A DNA stretch of 63,930 nt from an uncultured Lachnospiraceae bacterium (GTDB lineage Bacteria > Bacillota > Clostridia > Lachnospirales > Lachnospiraceae): the NCBI GenBank assembly GCA_945787565.1, contig CALZIE010000001.1:1-63930 (forward strand). The letters run 5' to 3'. The position numbers and the translations under genes are program-made. Numbering within the stretch: the first letter of the stretch is position 1; the number at the start of each line of letters is the position of its first letter. Positions 59,205-63,930 of the stretch are shown here, one piece after another. The notes under the pieces are model-generated. The model had not been told where the DNA came from. It made no database searches and was given only the letters and a program-made list of their open reading frames with translations.

Positions 59205-61187
59205 CTACAGAATAGACTTTACAGTTGCAACAACATTTTCTGTTGTGAAACCGAATTTCTTAAACAATGTTGCTGCTGGTGCGGATGCGCCAAAGCCTGT
59301 CATTGTTACGGTTGCACCGTCAAGACCTACATATTTGCCCCAGCCGTAATCGATTAATGCTTCTACTGCTACTCTCTTACGAACTGCTTTTGGAAGAACG
59401 GATTCTTTGTATTCAGCAGACTGCTCTTCGAATAAATCCATACATGGCATGCTGACAACACGTACATCAACACCTTCTTTTAATAATGCTTCTCTTGCTT
59501 CTACTGCTAAAGATACTTCAGAACCAGTAGCGATTAAGATGGCATCTGGTGTTTCCTTATTGGAATCCTCTAATACATAAGCACCTTTTAAAGCTTCCTT
59601 GCTGCTGTTTGCAAGCTGTGGAAGGTTCTGTCTTGTAAGAACTAATGCAGTTGGAGTCTCTTTGCTTGTTACTGCGCTATACCATGCTGCAATTGTTTCT
59701 GTCGCATCTGCTGGACGGAATACATGGAAGTTTGGCATTGCACGGAACATAGCAAGCTGTTCGATTGGTTCATGAGTAGGACCATCTTCACCAACACCGA
59801 TACTATCATGTGTTAATACATAAGTAGTTGGAATTCTCATTAATGCAGATAATCTTGCCATTGGCTTTACATAATCACTGAATACGAAGAAGGTAGAAGC
59901 AAATCCACGCATTCCATGTAAAGTCATACCGTTTGCGATAGCTGCCATTGCGATTTCTCTTACACCGTAATGAATGTTTCTTCCAAGACGGTTTTCTTTG
60001 GAGAAGTCACCAGCCTCCTTCATATAAGTCTTTGTGGATGGTGCTAAGTCTGCGGCGCCGCCGATTAAGTTTGGAACCTTATCTTTTAAGCGGTTAATTA
60101 CCATTCCAGAAAGATTTCTTGTTGCTTCCGGCTTATTTTCAAAGGACCAGAATTCTTCATCGTCAATTAAATCCTTGGCGATATCCATATTGAATTCTCT
60201 ATCCCATTCTTTTTTCATTTCAGGATAAGCTTCGCAGTATGCAGCAAACATCTGATTCCATGCTGCTTCTTCTTTTTCTTTCTCTGCTGCGATTGCTTTA
60301 TAGTTTGCATATACTTCATCTGGAACATAGAATGGTTCCATGGAAGGCCAGGAAAGGTTTTCTTTTAATGCTTTTACATTATCGTCGCCAAGAGGCTCGC
60401 CGTGTGCGCTTGCCTTGCCCTGTTTTGCAGGACAGCCATAACCGATCTGGGTCTTTACCATAATCATGGTTGGTCTTTCTTTGTCTCTCTTTGCTTCTTC
60501 GATTGCTGCATGGATTTCTTCTAAGTTATTTCCATCTTCTACGACTAATGTCTGGAAATGGAATGCTTCAAATCTCTTTACAACATCTTCTGTAAACGCA
60601 ATATCAGTGCTTCCTTCGATGGAGATCTTATTGGAATCATAAAGGACGATTAACTTGCTAAGTCCGAGTGTTCCTGCAAGAGAGAATGCTTCTGATGAAA
60701 TACCTTCCATCATACAGCCGTCCCCACCTAATACGTAAGTATAGTGATCAACTACTGGGAAATTCTCTTTGTTAAACTTAGCTGCTAAATGTTCCTCTGC
60801 CATAGCCATACCAACTGCCATAGCCATACCAGCACCAAGAGGACCAGTTGTTGCTTCAACGCCTTTCGTATGTCTATATTCAGGATGTCCTGGTGTTAAA
60901 GAATCTAACTGTCTAAACTGTGCTAAATCTTCTTTCGTTAAGCCATATCCAAATAAATGTAATAAGGAATATAATAACGTAGAACCATGGCCGCCAGATA
61001 AAATAAAACGGTCTCTGTCTGGCCAGTCTGGATTACTAGGACTGTGTTTCATTTCTTTTGCCCATAATTCATATGCTACGGCAGCGCATCCGAGTGGTAG
61101 ACCTGGATGTCCTGATTTTGCTTTCTGTACCGCATCTGCCGCAAGAATACGGATTGAATTAACTGACAAAGTATCAATGTTGCTCAT
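59205..61187 (-). CDS. tkt: transketolase
   Basis: SGHPG, TTGPLG, GDGCMMEG and THDSIGVGEDGPTH motifs. Confidence 0.97.
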   Translation of the reverse strand: MSNIDTLSVNSIRILAADAVQKAKSGHPGLPLGCAAVAYELWAKEMKHSPSNPDWPDRDRFILSGGHGSTLLYSLLHLFGYGLTKEDLAQFRQLDSLTPGHPEYRHTKGVEATTGPLGAGMAMAVGMAMAEEHLAAKFNKENFPVVDHYTYVLGGDGCMMEGISSEAFSLAGTLGLSKLIVLYDSNKISIEGSTDIAFTEDVVKRFEAFHFQTLVVEDGNNLEEIHAAIEEAKRDKERPTMIMVKTQIGYGCPAKQGKASAHGEPLGDDNVKALKENLSWPSMEPFYVPDEVYANYKAIAAEKEKEEAAWNQMFAAYCEAYPEMKKEWDREFNMDIAKDLIDDEEFWSFENKPEATRNLSGMVINRLKDKVPNLIGGAADLAPSTKTYMKEAGDFSKENRLGRNIHYGVREIAMAAIANGMTLHGMRGFASTFFVFSDYVKPMARLSALMRIPTTYVLTHDSIGVGEDGPTHEPIEQLAMFRAMPNFHVFRPADATETIAAWYSAVTSKETPTALVLTRQNLPQLANSSKEALKGAYVLEDSNKETPDAILIATGSEVSLAVEAREALLKEGVDVRVVSMPCMDLFEEQSAEYKESVLPKAVRKRVAVEALIDYGWGKYVGLDGATVTMTGFGASAPAATLFKKFGFTTENVVATVKSIL

Positions 61188-61319
61188 TGTATATCCTCCT
61201 GAATTTAAAATTACCTATATATAAAATCTCACATCGATCCGTATTTCACACAAATACAAATCTCCGTAAAAAATTATGGACCAGATTAGTTTTTCTATGT
61301 TTAATTCTACTTTTTTATC

Positions 61320-61973
61320 CTATTCTCCGAATACAGCCTTATAATCAGCCTGGAATTTTGCGATTCCGGCATCCGTTAATGGATGTTTTGTACACTGTAC
61401 GATAACAGAATAAGGAACGGTTGCAATATCTGCACCTGCTAATGCGCAGTCTGTGATATGGATTGGATTACGTACGCTTGCTGCAATAATCTCAGTATCC
61501 AGATCATATATATCAAAAATATCCGCAATGTTACGGATTAAATCAATGCCTGGTGTTGAAATATCATCTAAACGGCCAAGGAAAGGAGATACATAGGTAG
61601 CGCCTGCTCTTGCTGCTAATAAAGCCTGGTTTGCAGAGAAAACTAATGTAACGTTAGTCTTAATACCTTCGCTTGCTAATACTTTCACTGCCTTTAAGCC
61701 TTCTACTGTCATTGGAATTTTAACAACCATGTTAGGATGGATCTTTGCGATCTCACGTCCCTCAGCAATCATACCTTCTGCATCCACAGTTGTTGCTTTC
61801 ACTTCTCCACTGATTGGTCCGTCAACAATAGAGGTAATCTCTTTGATTACTTCATTAAAATCTCTACCTTCTTTTGCAATTAAGGATGGATTTGTAGTAA
61901 CACCACAAATAACCCCCATATCATTTGCTTTCTTAATATCTTCCACATTTGCTGTGTCAATAAAAAACTTCAT
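61320..61973 (-). CDS. fsa: transaldolase (FSA/TalC small family)
   Basis: FIDTAN, GVTTNPS and VVKIP motifs. Glu in SGEV and Phe in SPF point to transaldolase activity. Adjacent to tkt. Confidence 0.9.
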   Translation of the reverse strand: MKFFIDTANVEDIKKANDMGVICGVTTNPSLIAKEGRDFNEVIKEITSIVDGPISGEVKATTVDAEGMIAEGREIAKIHPNMVVKIPMTVEGLKAVKVLASEGIKTNVTLVFSANQALLAARAGATYVSPFLGRLDDISTPGIDLIRNIADIFDIYDLDTEIIAASVRNPIHITDCALAGADIATVPYSVIVQCTKHPLTDAGIAKFQADYKAVFGE

Positions 61974-62365
61974 AGTAAGATCCTCCTATATGGTTGTTTA
62001 GTTGTTAAACTATGTACGATTCATATATCTAAAGTACTTTACTTTAACCTAAATATACTATACACCAGTGAGAAATTCAAGTTAATTTTTTCCATTTCTT
62101 ATCTTCTACTTCTTTCTCTTTGTTTCGTTTCTTATTATCCTTTGTTTCTTATTTGTGACACATTATTTTTAAATTTAGATTCCTTCTACATATTAACACT
62201 AAAAATAAGCTAATACAATATAGTAATTCCAATATTCCCATAAAAATAAAGAGGCTAGACAAAAGAGAAATACAACGCTTAAAGCACTGCCTTCCCTTAT
62301 GTCACACCTCTCTCATTTAACCATCTTAATTTTATATTATACAATACAATTCTAGACGTACTGCA

Positions 62366-63109
62366 TTATTGGGTCGCTAGTTCTGTCGCTTCTTTCATTA
62401 CGGCTGCAATATCTTCATGAATCACCAGATCCGCTTTGCTATCTGCGGATGTTACACTCTTATTAATCAGTACAAGGTTCTTTCCATTAAAATAATCAAT
62501 TAATCCAGCGGCCGGATAGACAATTAAGGATGTCCCTCCAATAATCAGCGTATCCGCCTGAGAGATTGCATGAACAGCGCCAGAAATCGTTGCCTCATCG
62601 AGTCCTTCCTCATAAAGCACTACATCCGGTTTTACCTTGCCTCCACACTTTTTACATACCGGAATGCCTTCTGACTGAAGGATAAACTTCTCATCATGAA
62701 ATTCATGACACTTCATACAGTAATTACGTAATACCGAGCCATGAAGCTCATACACTTTCTTTGATCCTGCCGCCTGATGGAGCCCATCGATATTCTGTGT
62801 CACTACAGCTTTTAGTTTCCCCAGCTTTTCTAATTTAGCAAGAGCTAAATGACAATCATTTGGCTTCGCATCAGGATAAATCAGATTTTGTTTATAAAAG
62901 TCAAAGAACTCCTCCGGATATCTCATAAAGAATGTATGGGATACCGCCTGCTCTGGTGTGAAATTACGATTTAACTTCTTGCTATAAAGCCCGTCCGAGC
63001 TCCGGAAGTCTGGAATACCGCTTGCTGTAGATACTCCGGCGCCTCCAAAGAATACAATATTATTGCTTTCTTTTAAAATCTTAGATAGCTGTTCTACCTT
63101 TTCATTCAT
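62366..63109 (-). CDS. cobB: NAD-dependent protein deacylase (sirtuin)
   Basis: GAGVS, PDFRS, TQNIDGLH, HGS, CxxC...CxxC and GTS motifs. Confidence 0.92.
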   Translation of the reverse strand: MNEKVEQLSKILKESNNIVFFGGAGVSTASGIPDFRSSDGLYSKKLNRNFTPEQAVSHTFFMRYPEEFFDFYKQNLIYPDAKPNDCHLALAKLEKLGKLKAVVTQNIDGLHQAAGSKKVYELHGSVLRNYCMKCHEFHDEKFILQSEGIPVCKKCGGKVKPDVVLYEEGLDEATISGAVHAISQADTLIIGGTSLIVYPAAGLIDYFNGKNLVLINKSVTSADSKADLVIHEDIAAVMKEATELATQ

Positions 63110-63213
63110 ATAATCATCTCCGTACTTTTTCTTTTATTATACCACATCATACAAAGGAAATGGATTCTTCAACCTGCGGATTCCTTCTTCTCTCTATCTC
63201 GTTTTCTGTTAAC

Positions 63214-63420
63214 TCACTCAAATATGAATAATTCCTCTATGGGCGTTTCTACTACTCTTGAAATGTCTATCGCCAGCTTAAGGGATGGATTATACTGTGC
63301 TTTTTCTAATCGTATAATTGCCTCCCTTCGAACCCCCACTTTTTCAGCAAGCTGCTCCTGGGTCAGATCCTTTAAAAGCCGATACTTCTTTAAATTACAA
63401 ACAAACTGCTCCATCTTCAT
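63214..63420 (-). CDS. XRE-family HTH regulator
   Basis: [15 protein letters not shown]...YNPSLKLA. Confidence 0.88.
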   Translation of the reverse strand: MKMEQFVCNLKKYRLLKDLTQEQLAEKVGVRREAIIRLEKAQYNPSLKLAIDISRVVETPIEELFIFE

Positions 63421-63598
63421 TCCTCACATTGTTCATCTATAAACGTCTCTGACATCTTTCCTTCGAAAAAGAATCCAAAGAAAATAAAAAAGCAAAATGG
63501 GAAGAACGTCTTATCAATGGCGTATGTAAAAAATCCGCTAAATCCCAGCAGTCCAAACAATCCTAAAAACCAAGCTTAGGATTTAGTTTCCTTATCTT
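63417..63598 (-). pseudogene. frameshifted and truncated membrane-protein remnant (DUF3796-like)
   Basis: One frame reads FLGLFGLLGFSGFFTYAIDKTFFPFCFFIFFGFFFEGKMSETFIDE with no start codon. KIRKLNPKLG lies in an adjacent frame. The stop overlaps the HTH start (ATGA). Confidence 0.5.
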
Positions 63599-63610
63599 TT
63601 ATTTTTACAT

Positions 63611-63643
63611 AAAAAAAAGTATCTGATAACAGATACTTTCTTT
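63611..63643 (-). terminator. terminator of the tRNA cluster
   Basis: AAAGTATCTG/CAGATACTTT stem plus U-tract. Confidence 0.8.
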
Positions 63644-63651
63644 ACTAAGAA

Positions 63652-63724
63652 TGAGACATCGGGGATTCGAACCCCGGACACCTTGATTAAAAGTCAAGTG
63701 CTCTACCGACTGAGCTAATATCCC
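63652..63724 (-). tRNA. tRNA-Lys (TTT)
   Basis: GGGATATTAGCTCAGTCGGTAGAGCA CTTGA-CTTTTAA-TCAAG...GGTTCGAATCC. CCA not encoded. Confidence 0.96.
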
Positions 63725-63762
63725 ATGCTTTATGCATTTTACTATGTTTTTCGCATAGCAAA

Positions 63763-63835
<73 letters not shown>

Positions 63836-63867
63836 ATAAGTTAAAATCTATAAAGTTTTTAACTGAG

Positions 63868-63930
63868 TTGCGGGGATAGGATTTGAACCTATGACCTTCG
63901 GGTTATGAGCCCGACGAGCTTCCAGACTGC
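63868..63930 (-). tRNA. initiator tRNA-fMet (CAT), 5' end beyond the window
   Basis: TCGGG-CTCATAA-CCCGA with three G-C pairs. T-loop TTCAAAT. Confidence 0.9.

Overview
A low-GC Firmicute chromosomal segment, Clostridia and most likely Lachnospiraceae-like (inferred from gene content). Nearly all genes lie on the minus strand. It runs from a tRNA cluster (fMet, Phe, Lys) at the right edge to an rRNA-operon promoter and leader at the left edge. Housekeeping and sporulation genes include eda, yyaC, recR-ybaB-dnaX, glpK, bofA, yaaL, metG with a Met T-box, tkt, a transaldolase and a sirtuin. A LacI-controlled maltodextrin operon ends in a 5'-deleted alpha-amylase remnant. The main accessory system is a ~12 kb monoderm Tad/Flp pilus-like locus. 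It has an Flp pilin with an 84-residue acidic leader, a giant DUF5702-type pseudopilin with a hydrophobic hairpin, a pseudopilin with tandem Zn-finger-like motifs, an internal perfect 28-bp inverted repeat, a pseudokinase-like/FHA membrane protein and a downstream PPP phosphatase. Non-coding highlights are an unassigned promoter-driven ~220-nt structured RNA candidate (42385-42606), a 28-codon leader-peptide attenuator ahead of a heterodimeric ABC exporter, and a yybP-ykoY riboswitch ahead of a Ca2+/cation antiporter. No CRISPR array, transposase or integrase was seen. All domain and family names come from visual motif recognition, not database searches. Several starts were moved from the ORF track to the codon that follows a ribosome-binding site.
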